Part shown: one piece after another, positions 1 through 11,489 of the stretch | Layout: the number at the start of each line of letters is the position of its first letter | How positions within the stretch are numbered: the first letter of the stretch is position 1 | Assembly (NCBI GenBank): GCA_028534125.1 | Contig: CM052829.1 | Location: 1,364,001-1,428,000 of the forward strand | Source: Lama glama | Lineage: Eukaryota | DNA: 64,000 bases | Direction of reading: 5' to 3' | Notes under the pieces: model-generated | The model's input: only the letters and a program-made list of their open reading frames with translations | Databases searched by the model: none | What the model was told of the DNA's origin: nothing | Position numbers and translations under genes: made by a program

Positions 1-711
1 GAGCCCAGAGGCCGCCTGGGGGAGAATTCTTTCCTCTTTGGGAACCTCAATATTTTCTCTTAGTGTCTTCAACTGATTGGATGTGGCCCACCCAGGTTAT
101 AGAGGGTCGTCTACTGTAGTCAAAGCCGATTGATTTAAACGTTAGTCAGTTTAAAGATCAACATCTTGACTATTGTTTGACCAGATACAGGCATACCTTA
201 GAGATATTGCGGTCTCAGCTCCAGACCACCAAGTAAAATGATTATCTCAATCAAGTGAGTCACATGACTTTCTTTATTTCCCAGTGCATGTAAAAGTTGT
301 GTTTATACTATACTGTAGTCTCTTAAGTGTGCAATAGCGTTCTGTCTAAACATGTATATACCTTAATTTAAAAGTACTTTATTGTTTAAAAATGCTAACC
401 ATCATCAGAGACTTCATCAAATCAAAATCGTTTTGCAATAGTGGCATCAAAGATCACCAATCACAGATCATCATAACAAATATAATAAAATGACAAATTT
501 TGAAATACTGAGAGAATTACCAAAAGGTGACACAGAGACATGAAGTGAGCAAATGCTGGTGGAATGAAGAGCACCGATAGCCTTGCTGGATGCAGGATTG
601 CCACAAACCCATATTTGTAAAAAATGCAGTATCTGTCAGTGCAGTAAAATGAAGTGTGCCTATAACTGGTACATAGCTCTGCCAAGTTGGCTCGTAATAT
701 TAACCATCACA
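1..711. mobile_element. MLT2-type (ERVL) LTR remnant, interrupted by a Tigger1 derivative
   Basis: Contains the MLT2 hallmarks 'tcttcaactgattggatgtggcccaccca' and 'tgtttgaccaga'. Resumes after the Tigger as 'actggtacatagc...attaaccatcaca', the typical LTR terminus. Confidence 0.75.
188..662 (-). mobile_element. Internally deleted Tigger1 (Tigger1a-like, TcMar) DNA transposon
   Basis: Termini 'caggcatacct...ccagaccacc' and '...aaaatgaagtgtgcct' match Tigger1 TIRs. Flanked by TA on both sides (186-187, 663-664). Confidence 0.85.
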
Positions 712-1310
712 ACATACAAAAAAAAAGTTTACAAACAGGAAAATGTGAGACCCACTCAAAGGAAAACACACAGATAGAAACCATCCCTGAGGCGATCCAG
801 ACATCAGACTGACCAGACAAAAACTTGAACTCAGTCGTCTTAAATACAAAAGAGCTAAAGGAATTCATGGAGAAGTAACTAAAGGAAGCTACGACAATGC
901 AGTACAAACAAAATGAGACTATTGATAAAGCATACTGACCAGCCCTTAACAGGCACCGACAGGTCATCCCACCAGCGCTGAGGACACACGCTCTCCTCAG
1001 GGGCACGGGGATGCTCTCCACGATAGACTATACATTAGGCCGCAAAACAAATCTCAATAATTTTTAAAAGATTGAAACCATATAAAGTATCATCTCTGAA
1101 TACAGTGGAATGAAGCCAGAAATCAATAGCAGAAGAAAAACTGGAAAATTCACAAATACATGGAAATTAAACACATGCTTAAACATCTAACTGACTGAAA
1201 AAGTCACAAAGGGAATGTTAAGATAGTTAAATAAATGAAAAGGAAGACACAACGTCCCAAAACCTACAGAATGCAGTGGAAGCAGTGGTCAGAGGGAAAT
1301 CTCACCCCCA
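712..1310 (+). mobile_element. Old L1M fragment (inter-ORF/ORF2 endonuclease region)
   Basis: A-rich, with L1 motifs 'atagactatacattaggcc..aaaacaaatctcaataa', 'gaaatcaatagcagaag', 'aaattcacaaatacatggaaattaaac'. Confidence 0.75.
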
Positions 1311-1469
1311 GTGAGAAGCAGTGTCAGAAGAGAAGATGGCATTGTTTGTTTAAGAGACTATTTTTGTTGTTGGAGGATCTTGGCATCCTTACTGGAAAAT
1401 CAACTACCACAGACATACAGTTTGCTCCTGGGTTTCAGTTCTAGCTCATGGGTCCAAAGGTCTGTCCTT

Positions 1470-1700
1470 AAGCTAGTGCCACACTGTTTTGATTACTGCA
1501 GCTTTGTGGTAACTTTTGAAATTGAGAATTGTGAGTCTTTCTTGAGATTGTTTTGGCTCTTTGGGGCCCCATTGCAACTCTACACAAACCTGAAGATCAG
1601 CTTTCCCATTCCTGCAAAATAAGATTGTTGGAATTTTGATAGAGCTCACATGGGGCAGTAATGACATCTTCACAATATTAATTAAGTCTTTCAATCCATA
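1470..1700 (-). mobile_element. L1M ORF2 fragment
   Basis: 'ccacactgttttgattactgcagctttgtggtaacttttgaaatt' translates on the minus strand to the ORF2 motif YHKAAVIKTVWH. Confidence 0.75.
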
Positions 1701-2050
1701 AATGCAAAGGTCACATGTTGTATGTTTCCAACTGTATGAAGTATCAGGATAAATAAATTCACCGGAAGGTCATGGTCTGAGACGGAGCTCAGCTTGACGG
1801 TTGTGAGGACTGAAGGGGGAGAACGGGGAGAAACTGACAGGTAAGGGGTTTCCTTCCTGTTGTTAGTGGAGGTGCTGGGGACTGAGCCCAGGACCTCGTG
1901 CACGCGGAGCACATGCTGTACCGCTGAGCTACCCTCCCCCAGGGGTTCCTTCTGAGATGAGGGCGTGTTTAGGACTGGACAGAGGTGCTGGCTGCACAGC
2001 ACCGTGGCTGTACTAAAATCGGTAATTTTATGTTACGTGATCTCACTTCA
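1700..2050 (+). mobile_element. L1MB-like 3' end, interrupted by a SINE
   Basis: 'aaggtcacatgttgtatg', 'gggtttccttc..gagatga', 'taattttatgttacgtga' are collinear with the L1MB 3' UTR. Confidence 0.65.
1857..1940 (-). mobile_element. Camelid Vic-1-type tRNA-derived SINE
   Basis: Reverse strand reads GGGGAGGGTAGCTCAGCGGTACAGCATGTGCTCCGCGTGCACGAGGTCCTGGGCTCAGTCCCCAGCACCTCC (A/B-box tRNA head). TSD 'aggggtt(t)ccttc' at 1844-1856 and 1941-1952. Confidence 0.85.
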
Positions 2051-2412
2051 GTAAATTACTCTTGTAAGTACCAGTCCTACCGCATAGACAACTATAAGCC
2101 GTGAGTCACACTCAGCTCTGTGGATGCCCGTGCAGTGAGAACCTCTGCTCCTCGGGCCGAGGGGCAGCTCCATCCAGAGTCAGTGGAGGGGGAGCTGTGT
2201 CCCTCACTGTCCTCAGACCTGGGGACAGAGGATGTGGACCTGCAGCTCCAGCCTGAAGTTCAGGGCTTAGAAATCTGTCTCAGTGTGGTTTGGGAAGAAG
2301 GCAGAAACACACCGAACGGCATGCTCCTTAACTTCATCTTCTCAAAATCCCTATAAAATGCCTGGGCATTGTGGCTGCACGCAGTCACAGCAGCCAAGCA
2401 GAAAAGGTGCCC

Positions 2413-2494
2413 CGTGTGAGCGTGTGTGCGAGTGTGTGCGTATCGCCTAAGCATGTATACGTATATGTGTGTGTGTGCGTGTGTGTGTGTGTTT
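2413..2494. repeat. Imperfect (TG)n microsatellite
   Basis: Direct inspection. Confidence 0.9.
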
Positions 2495-2813
2495 GCACAT
2501 GCTCTCTCTTGTTCGCACCCCCTCACCCAGGTCTGGAGGAAGTTCTCCTCCGAGCCGCTGGCAGGTGGAGGTGAGCAAGGGCGGATGTGGGCCGGGAAGG
2601 GAGGGGCATGGCAGGAATGGCCTGGGCCCTGGTCATCTGTGTCCTGGTCTGGGCTGGAGGGTCAGTCGGGGGCTGGGAGGTGAGCCCACTGCACATGGAG
2701 AAATGGACGTGGACCTCTCCATCCCCCACGTCCCCCACCCGCCTCGTCACACCTTCCTACGCAAACGTCCCCCACCCCAAGCAGGTGTGAGGTGGTGGGG
2801 AGTCACTTATCAC

Positions 2814-2894
2814 CTGGACAATCTCCCGGTGTGTCCCTTCCAGGTAGGTCACACCGAGAGTGGACGTATCTTCCGAAAGCCCTTCAGTGTAAGC
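2814..2894 (-). CDS. Candidate exon (81 nt, phase 0-0; AYTEGLSEDTSTLGVTYLEGTHREIVQ) of an unidentified minus-strand gene
   Basis: Acceptor 'ctcctcccctag|', donor 'CAG|gtgata', open frame. Confidence 0.25.
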
Positions 2895-3153
2895 CTAGGG
2901 GAGGAGTTCCCTTTGAGATTCCGACCAGTGGTCCCCAAATCCCATGACAGGAGCCCTTGACTGAAGGAACCGCCCAAGGGCCCCTGTGCCCTGCCGGTCG
3001 CCCTAAGTGGCGACCGCGTGTGCTGGGTGCCTGGTCACGGGGGAGGGGGAGGAGTTCACAGACCCTGCTGTCCCTGAAATGCAGGTTCCAGGGAGGGGGT
3101 GTGGACCAGGCTGAAGAGGGACCAGCGACAGGCGGTGCAAGGGGGACTGGGCG

Positions 3154-3200
3154 TCAGGAAACCTGCTGGGAGCGCAGCTTCCTCAGTAAGACGTCAGCCG
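3154..3200 (-). CDS. Candidate exon (phase 1; AADVLLRKLRSQQVS*)
   Basis: Acceptor 'aaatcatcccctgcag|'. Phase is compatible with the 3707-3770 candidate. Confidence 0.25.
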
Positions 3201-3706
3201 CTGCAGGGGATGATTTAACTTGACTTGAAAGCCAAGGGATCGGTATTAGAATCTCAGGAGCATTTTCCGGCTGACTTCTTCCCTGTTCTTTCATGTTCTG
3301 AGTGCATGAGAGATTACTGATCCAAGTAATACTGTATATGTGTAAGGGCCATGCTGAATTTTAAGCACTAAAAGCTAAGATTAAAAACTCCAACTGCGCA
3401 TTTAGTGGCTCATGAGGCAGATGAAGTAGGCAATTGTGTACAGACTGCTGTCACTTGTTAAATAAAATGTATGGTAGACAATAAGGTAAGCTTGTGGAAC
3501 TGAAACCCATTATTAGCTTTGGAAGAAAGAGGTTCCGGTTTCCTTTAAACACCACGCAAGTACTGCCAGCGTTCCTAATGCAAGTCCGTCTTTGTGGTTA
3601 AGTGTTTGCAGTCTAATTCAGCCAGGACTTCACCGGTATTTAGTGGTATTGTGTCTATGACCCAGGCCCTCAAACACGAAGCAGTTCTTCATCGGTGAGA
3701 GCTCAC

Positions 3707-3770
3707 CGCAGTTCCCACACAGAAGTGACACTCCCTGGTGTGCCAAGTTACCGGAAACTGATGGTAAATT
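3707..3770 (-). CDS. Candidate exon (64 nt, phase 0-1; NLPSVSGNLAHQGVSLLCGNC)
   Basis: Acceptor 'cctgacgtatccag|', donor 'GCG|gtgagc', open frame. Confidence 0.25.
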
Positions 3771-4124
3771 CTGGATACGTCAGGATATTATTAACCACAG
3801 GGTGTACAGTTCTGATTTGCTCTAGTAAATACAGTCAGCATTTCAAAGATTCTGCTTTTCTGGATTTTAGCCAAGTCCACACGCCTGTGAAGCTGACTGG
3901 TTTCCAGGGGTGGCTGAGGAGGCCCCACCTGCAGGTCAAGGGAGAAAGTGGGGCTTAACCCTTCTCCACAGAAGCCACTGTCTAGAGGACTCGGTTACAT
4001 AAACTCACTTGTTTCCTCAACTATCCTGGCATCGAAACCAATGTGGATTGGGGGTGGGGAGAACAGCAATTGGAAAAATGAATTCCTCCCCCCAGACACT
4101 ATCTGTAAAGTCTCCAGTTTCTGG

Positions 4125-5160
4125 ACCCGTCCGCCCCCTCCTCAGTTCCCCCGTGGAAAGACGCTCGGCGTGCGTGCGAGCCGCTCCCCGGGGCCGAAGG
4201 AGCTGACTAGCGCTCCCCGCGTGGCTCCAGGCCCTCACCACGTGGGCGTCCCGCTGGCTCTCACCGGGGCCCACCTGAGCCCCATGCGTCGGAGAGAGGA
4301 ACCCCGGGGCCACTTGGAAGATGCCAGCCGCCGGGCAGGAGCCTTTAACTGGCACTGAGGACCGAATGAACTTCACTTGCTCAGCGTGCGTGGACGGCCC
4401 CCGTCCGCCTGCGGTAGCGAGCGCTGCTTGTCGGCCCAGGAGCTCCGCAGGGGAGAGACAGCAGCGGGGAGCGCGCTTGGCAAAACAGAGCTTCCTGCTC
4501 GAATTCGCCTCCGGAAAGTCGGCTGCTCCCCAGCCGCAGCTGGAGCGGAGCCTTGAAGATGAGGGCTTCCACGAGGATGTGCTGGGAAATTTAGATTTAC
4601 TTCAGGTGTTGAGACGCGAGGAAGTCCAAGGGATTGTTGTGACTGTGTTTGCATTGGGTTCCGCTGACCCCTCCCCCGAACCGTGCAGTTGTCACCTGGT
4701 GTGAGGATGACAAGCACAGGTGCGGAGGCGCTGACCCGGCCGGGAGAGGATCCGGGCCCCGCTGGACCGGGGTCTGTGCCTGCCGCCCGCCCCCGCACGG
4801 GTCACTCCGTTTGCTGTTTTGTTTGTTTTAAGTTGCACTTGACAGGTATTATGGTACCAGTTTCAGGTGCACAACATAGCGGCAACAAGAAAGAGTCACA
4901 CAGTAAGTCCAGTTACCCTCCGTCACCGCACGAAGCTGCTACAGCGGCATTGCCTGCAGCGCCTCGCATTCCCACGCCTCGCGTGTCTGGTAGCTGGGAG
5001 CTCGGACCCGCCCCGCGCCCCCTCCCCCAGACGGCCACCTGCCTGTCCTCTGGGGCTGAGGCTCTCTGGGCCGGTGCTGCTTACACCCCCCGCGGGGGGT
5101 TACGGTGCTGTCCTTCGCTGTCGGCCTTATTCCACTTGGCGTGACACCGTCCAGCCCGCC
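4125..5160. promoter_or_regulatory. CpG island
   Basis: Dense CpG/GC sequence. The right part overlaps a GC-shifted L1 3' UTR. Confidence 0.65.
4275..4581 (-). CDS. Candidate exon (307 nt, phase 2-0; TSSWKPSSSRLRSS...SRKLCFAKR...THGAQ); frame stays open to a stop at 4017 if unspliced
   Basis: Acceptor 'tctaaatttcccag|', donor 'CAG|gtgggc'. The phase required by the upstream exon is also the longest open frame. Confidence 0.3.
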
Positions 5161-6088
5161 TGTGCTGTTGCAAATGGCAAGGTTTGGGGGTTTACGGCTA
5201 AGTCGTTTGCCGTGGCACTTACACGCCACCTCTTCTTTGTCCAGTCATCTGTTTGTGGGCACTCAGGCTGCTTCCGTCGCTTGGGATTGTAAGTAATGCT
5301 GCAGTGAGCATGGGGTACTCGTATCTTTTCGAATTAATGTCGTTTTCTTCAGAAACATACCCAGAACTGGGATTGCTGCGCCCTCCGGTAGTTCCAGTTT
5401 TAGTTTTCTGAGGAACCTCCATACTGGTCTCCACAGCGGCGGCACCAGTTTCCATTCCCGCCAACAGGGCACGAGGGTTCCCTTCTCTCCACGTCCCTGC
5501 CAACACTTGTATTTGTTGTCCCTTTGATGACAGTCATTCTGACGGGGATGAGGGGACATCTCATGGTTGACTTGCATTTCCCTGGTGACTAGCGGCGCTG
5601 AGCGTCTTTTCATGTGTTTGGTGGCCACTTGTATGTCTCCTTTGGAACGATGCCCTTTCAGGTCCTCTGCCCATTTTCCAGTCAGCTTGTTTGGTTGCTG
5701 ACATTGAGCTGCGTGACTTTTTTGTACACTTTAGGCACCAGCCCCTTATCACACACATTGTTTGCGAACATCTTCCCCCCTCAGCAGGCTGTCTTTTCAT
5801 CTTGGTGGTGGTGGTGTGCAGACACTGCTTGATGTAGTCCCATGTGTTTGTTCTGTTTGATTTTGGTTTTGTTTTGTCTGTTTTATTGTTTGATGTGGTC
5901 TCGTTTGTCTGTTTTTGATTTTGTTGTTCTTGCCTGAAGAGATGTGTCCAACAAATATTACTAGGCCTGCTGTCGGAGTTGACTGCCTGTGTTTGCTTCT
6001 AGGAGTCTTATGGTTTCAGGTCTCGCATTTAAGTCTTTAACCTGCTTTGAGTTTATTTTCCATCTGGCGGGAGACAGTGGTCCAGCTG
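4812..6088 (-). mobile_element. L1MA-like 3' segment (ORF2 end plus 3' UTR)
   Basis: T-rich tail at about 4812-4830. Motifs 'gtttcaggtgcacaacatag', 'gttgcaaatggcaagg', 'gaggaacctccatactg', 'gatgtagtcccat', 'aagtctttaa..ctttgagtttatttt'. Confidence 0.85.
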
Positions 6089-6094
6089 ATCTAC

Positions 6095-6170
6095 CTCTGG
6101 TCTGTGCTCATCCTGTCAAGATGACCTGTTCCACCTTCTTTGAGAAAATCTTTCAGAGCCAAGTAATTGC
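6095..6170 (-). CDS. Candidate exon (76 nt, phase 1-2; GNYLALKDFLKEGGTGHLDRMSTDQ)
   Basis: Branch-like 'ctctaac', acceptor 'ctccacag|', donor 'GAG|gtagat'. Only this frame is open. Confidence 0.35.
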
Positions 6171-7105
6171 CTGTGGAGCTCGGGTTAGAGAACACCCCAC
6201 TGTGAACTTGCCTTTCTTTCGGCTCTGAAGCCCAAGTTTGGTTTGCGGAGCCTGGATTTGGGCAGTGGCTCCGGACAGTCTCGGGAGCAGGGGATCCGGA
6301 GCTTGGCTGTGTTTTCCCAGGACTGACTTCCTCGTGAGCAGGAGGCCACCTCCCAGAAAGAAATGCGCCCACAGGCACTGTCCCCTCTGGGCTGCGTGCA
6401 CTGCAGGGCTTTTGAGCTCAAGATGAAAGCCTAACTGAAGCATCATCACATAGCGTTTACCGTTCTAAGGTTGTATTAGACCAGGTCAGCTCAGTGAAGT
6501 GAACAACACGTATGCGCACTTTCCGAAAGGCAGCCTGTGAGGGTCCCTCAGAGGGCCTCCTCCCGGGGTCTCAGTCTTCCCCTTAGGAGACGCTTAGGTC
6601 CCGGGCAGATTCACCACCCATCCCTGGGCTTCTCACCCCACAAAGCCGAGGAAAGATGGCTTCGACCACCACAAAGCCACCAAGTGCATCTGCACCCTCC
6701 TTGCATCCACACAGCTCGGCAGATCCCCTGGGTGACCCCTCACCCAGGTGAGGAGATGGCAGCGAAGACCTGGGAAAGCACCTGCCGTCTTCACCACCGG
6801 GGACGGGAACTGTTTGCTGGGACTCTGATCCATGTCACTCTGGTCACACAGTCCATCCTGCTCCAGCCGTAAAGGGCAAATGAGGTGGAAGTGATGACTG
6901 AGGTCGCCAACCAAGACCCCACCAAATAAGGCCCAGGTCTCTGTAGCAGGAGGCCAGGAAAGGCAATCACGGGGGTCCTGGGGAAAGAGAGGGGGTCAAG
7001 TGGGAACGGGCAGAGGCTGAGGACCTGGCACTGCTTGGCTGGAATCAGAGAAGCCAAGGCTCTTTTCCCACTTTCGCCTCCTACAGGCAGGCCTCCAGGA
7101 CTGAC

Positions 7106-7174
7106 CGGTTACAGGGTGGCTTCCAGACAGAAAATCTGAGATTCTCCAACTGAATTTGGAGGAACCTGTAAAAC
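7106..7174 (-). CDS. Candidate exon (69 nt, or 60 nt from a second AG; phase 1-1; FTGSSKFSWRISDFLSGSHPVT)
   Basis: Acceptor 'ctcctctccag|', donor 'CCG|gtcagt', symmetric phase 1, open. Confidence 0.4.
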
Positions 7175-8237
7175 CTGGAGAGGAGTTGTGCTACACACAT
7201 TGATTTCATATATTCTTAAGGATTGCAGCAAAATACATTTTTACAAGATGAATGTACTGAAACTGTTTCCAGAACAGTGTTATTCCCTTTTATGAACCAC
7301 ACCCCACCCCTAGAGAAACTGAATGTTTTTCTTAGTGTGAGGCACACTAATGCTGGCTGAAACAGGGCGGGTTTGGGCTGGCTCAACTCTCCCCCGGTTC
7401 ATAGTCAATAATCCTTCATGGTTTCCTTTTGAATTTTCATGTTTCAAATTCAGCACAAATGTCTTCAGTCTCCGGACGATTGAACAGGAAAGTCAGTCCC
7501 CTCTGACCCTTGTGGCCTCGGAGGCCAGAGGCTCAGCACTAAGAGTCTGAGGCTTGTTTGGGCTCGCAGGGTGCCCTTTCCACCCTGCTGTGGAGGGGGC
7601 CCCCCACCCCGCACCTGTAGCTGGCCTTGTGATGCTGCGTGCACCCACCTGGACCTAGGACTCGGAATAGCTTCTCACCCACGTTTATTTGGGTCGCGTC
7701 CCTTTATACCACCCCATTTTGTCTGCACTGACAAGTATTTCTTGAATGCACGCTGCATGCAAAGCGCCAAGCTGGTTTTACAGGACACACAGCAGCATCC
7801 AAGACGTAAGCCCTGTCGTTAAATAAGTGGAGCGTGAGTTGGGAGACGAGACCAGCTCAGGTGAAAATATGCTTAACGGTGCAGACATCGTGCGGCTGGG
7901 CACTCCCGGGGCGGGGACACTGCCTCGGGAGCCCAAAGAGGTGACTGTGAGCCCGTTGGGTGGGAGAGGCCTTCCTGGAGAAGCTAGGACTTGAAGTGGC
8001 TGTCGAAGGCAGGATGTGGCCGGTCGGGGAGGAAGGCCGTGGGCGTCACAGGACGCCAGTGCCAGGAGGAGCAGACCTGCAGCAGGAGCCGCCCGGCTCA
8101 GACCTGGTCCTCCCGCTCGGCTGCCACCTGAGCTGGGTGAGTGGCTGCAGAGCCCAAGCTCCCGCGCCTCGCCTGCTGGGTGGAATCGTGGTGGAGCCTG
8201 CTTCAGGTCGTGAGGGTTCAAGCACAGAAAGTGGGCA

Positions 8238-8390
8238 GGAGTCAGCTCGGGCTGCTGTGAGGAAACTCCACAGACTGCAGGGCTTAAACCACAGACGTTT
8301 ATTTCCGTCTGGAGGCCGGACGTCCGAGATCACGACGCCAGCAGGTTGGTTCTGGTGGGGCCTCTCCTCCGGGCTTGCTGACGCCATGCA
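8238..8390. mobile_element. MLT1 (MaLR) LTR fragment
   Basis: 'gggctgctgtgaggaaactccacagactg..ggcttaaaccacagacgtttattt..ctggaggc..gtccgagatca'. Confidence 0.7.
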
Positions 8391-8439
8391 CGCACACACT
8401 GTGGACGTGGTTTTAAGAGGCCTTGTCTCTGATACTCAC

Positions 8440-8505
8440 TGAAACTGTTACTATGAACAGATGTAAATTCTGGGTTTGACCTCAAGTCAATGCAGACGGG
8501 AGGAA
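8440..8505 (-). CDS. Candidate exon (66 nt, phase 1-1; PPVCIDLRSNPEFTSVHSNSF)
   Basis: Long pyrimidine tract 'ttttcacgccttcctgcccgctccag|', donor 'TCA|gtgagt', symmetric phase 1, open. Confidence 0.4.
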
Positions 8506-8609
8506 CTGGAGCGGGCAGGAAGGCGTGAAAACGGAGGTTTTAGACAGGTCACCCCCTGGGAGAAAACTAGGTCAGCGGGCAAGGGAAGGTCCCACGGGCT
8601 TCTCCTCTA

Positions 8610-9135
8610 AAAGTTATCCTGCTGAGATGAATTTCTGATTACAGGAATTCACTGTTCTAAGGTATACAATTCAGTGCTTTTTATTATGTTCACCACGTTA
8701 CACAACCATCACTGCTATTGATTGCAGGACGTTTTCCATCACCCGAAAAGGAGACGCCCTGGCAGACACTCATCTACGTTCTGTCTCTACGGATCTGTCT
8801 GCTCTGGAGATTTCACAGAGAATCACATGTAGTTGTCCCGTTGTGTCCGGCTCCTTGCACCCAGCGTAATGTCTCCAAGGTTCATCCACGTTCTCACACG
8901 GATCAGAGCCTCGTTCCTTTTCGTGGCTGGACTCTCCGTGGTCTGGTCAACCACCTTCTGTGTGTCCGTTCATCTGCGGGTGGGCCTGGGTGTCTCCACT
9001 CTTGGGCTGTTATGAATAACGCTGCTGTGACTTTGTGTACCACGTCTTGCCTGGACACACGTTTTCAAGTCTCTTGGGTATAGACCTAAAAGTGGAATTG
9101 CTGGGTCAGATGGTAAATTCTTAACTGTTTGAGGA
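8610..9135 (-). mobile_element. L1MB-like 3' end
   Basis: 'gtatacaattcagtg', 'cacaaccatcact', 'ggctgttatgaataacgctgctgtga', 'aagtggaattgctgggtca..tggtaa'. Confidence 0.8.
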
Positions 9136-11139
9136 ATTATATTCTGTCTATCTTTGTCCAAAATTTGCCATAAAAAATACTTAAATATATGAGTGTCCCA
9201 AGATTTTGATAACATGACTTTATCTCACAAAGAGTCTCAAAGTGTGCCATTATATTTCCCGATTTAATACAGAGAACATGGACCCTCGGAGACACAGGGT
9301 TTCAAAGTCAGCCACCTTCGAGCAGACGGCCTACTTCTGACGTCAGACTCACCTGACACCAGGTCAGAGGGACTTCGTCACTCGTAGCGACTGGTGATGT
9401 CACAGAGAGAGCGTGTCACAAGCGGGTGACCAGGCCCTGGAAGGGACAGGACCAGCACAGCCCCCTCACTTTCAGGCTGTGGGTTTCCCGGTGGCGGGCG
9501 GGGGGGCACATCCCCCCGAGGAAGAAGGAAGCCCCCCGGCAGTGATGCTGGCCGGCGGTGTGCCTGCTACAGAGAAGTGGGGAGGAGGTCCCAGCGCCGG
9601 GGCCACATCAACAAGAAAAAGGCGGGCAGCTCAGTGAAAAAGGGGCAAGACTCTCGAACGGGCGCCGCACAGAAGGTGCCCAAACGGCCAGAACCTGTGA
9701 AAATCCAAACTGATGCCTGCACACCGTCGCCACAGGCACCTCAGAGCCGCAAACGGGGAAAGAGGGGCGACCCCAAGTGACACAAGGATGCAGAGGAAGG
9801 CGGAGATGCGGGGCAAGGACCGCACTGCGCTGTCTCCGCACACATGGGGGAGCACGGACCAACCAGGGGCCGATGAGGACGTGCGAGCACGGGGCGTCTG
9901 CACGGCTGAGGGGCGGGTACGTGGTGCCACCACCCTGGAAACCCACATGGGGGCACGCAGGAGCTGACTGTGCACCTTCCCTGGAGGCCAGCACTGCCAC
10001 ACCCGGAGGGACACCAACAGGAGGCGGGCCTGTGCTCACAGAGGACACGTCCAGAAAGCTCCCACGTCACCATGAAACACAGCCCCCAAGTGGAAGCAGC
10101 CCAGGGACACAGAGCCCTAGTCTGGGAACCTGGGGGTGGTTCTGGAGGTGGTCCCTTCTGACCCGGTCCAGTCCCCGCAGCTGCTGGGATGCACCCCCGG
10201 CTGTGAGCCTCGTCCTCGCCTGTGTGGTGAGCGCTTCTGTGTCAGCAGGGTGCTCGCGTTTAACGTGTAGCTAGCGAGGGGGACGTGCCGGCTGAGGGCC
10301 TGCACTCTCAGGGGCGCGAGCAGGGCAGCCCTGCCCGAGCCCCGTGATCAGGTCGCAGAAAGCAGCCTTGAATTACTGCCTACAGGGCTAGATGGCCTGC
10401 CCTGGAAGTTACATTCCTTTCTTGCTTTTTTCCCCAAAGAGGGCGAGTCTCCTGGCTCCCGGTAAATGGCCCCCTTGAACTCGGAGCAGAAGCAGAGCAT
10501 TAAATCCCGTCAGGCCTGGACCCCAGCCAAGGCGTCACAGAGGCCTGACCTCAGGCCTGTCCTGTCAGGCACTCTCTGGGGTCGTTCCCGAAGGCTCTGA
10601 GCACCACCAGCAGCCTTCCCGGCACCTGAAGGCATGCTGGGGGCAGCTGGGGGCAGGGGGTGCCCCTCCACGGCTTTGCTCTTCCCCGATGCCAGTCTCG
10701 GGGACCCTGAGTAGGCCCCTCGGTGCCCTGCAGGCCCACCTTCCACCCGCCACCCTTCAGTCCCCCGAGTGGGGTACCCGGAGCCCAGGCTCGGACTCGC
10801 ACACTCCAGCCTCCAGCAGTCGGGGTTAGTGGTGTAGCAGGTGTGCTGCTTCCCCCAGATCACTGAGACGCGGAGGTGGGTTCCTCCCCGCTCCCATGGC
10901 GGTCCGCTCCCACCCCCGGGGTTGGTCACACGGCCAGCAGCACACTCAGGGAGCCCACGTGCTGGGAGGGAGCCGGGCAGACACAGGAGGGGGGAGCACA
11001 TGAGCCCCACAGGTTTGCTTCCTCGCCACACAGGCGCTGGAAGGCCTCGACCCCGGCGCTCCGAGCCGCACCCGGGCCCGCCGGCCGCTGGCGGATGTGA
11101 CCCTGCCCCACGGAAACGAGCCCATTAGAGCCGGGCACT

Positions 11140-11300
11140 TTGCTCCATGGGCACGCACAGCAACTCCGCGAAAACAGCTATTTTCACCACTTTACAGATA
11201 AGGAAGCGGAGGCTCAGAAAGTCCATACAACCACCGAGGTCACACGGCAGGTGAGGGGCGGGGCCAAACTTCAACCAAGGCTCACCTGGCTCCAAACACT
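11140..11300 (-). mobile_element. MIR SINE
   Basis: MIR core 'ccactttacagataaggaagcggaggctcaga..gaggtcacacggcaggtgaggggcggggcc'. Confidence 0.7.
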
Positions 11301-11489
11301 CGTTCCCGGACCACGCCCACCCCGGGAGGGTGTGTGTGCATGTGTGTGCACGGACGTGCTTGTGTGTGTGTGCACGCATGTGTGGGTGAAGTCACAGACC
11401 AGGGTGAAAGGAATCGCACGGTCCTGCTTTAACACTTTGAAGAGAGAAGCAAGTGTATTTGAGACGTTGACAAAACAAGTTTAGAAACA

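Noticed and set aside
1857-1940. tRNA gene
   Set aside because: Degenerate tRNA-like head with a tail and TSD, i.e. a SINE.
9353-9435. Strong minus-strand donor CAG|gtgagt as part of the 8.5-kb exon chain
   Set aside because: The frame needed for a phase-1 junction contains TGA.
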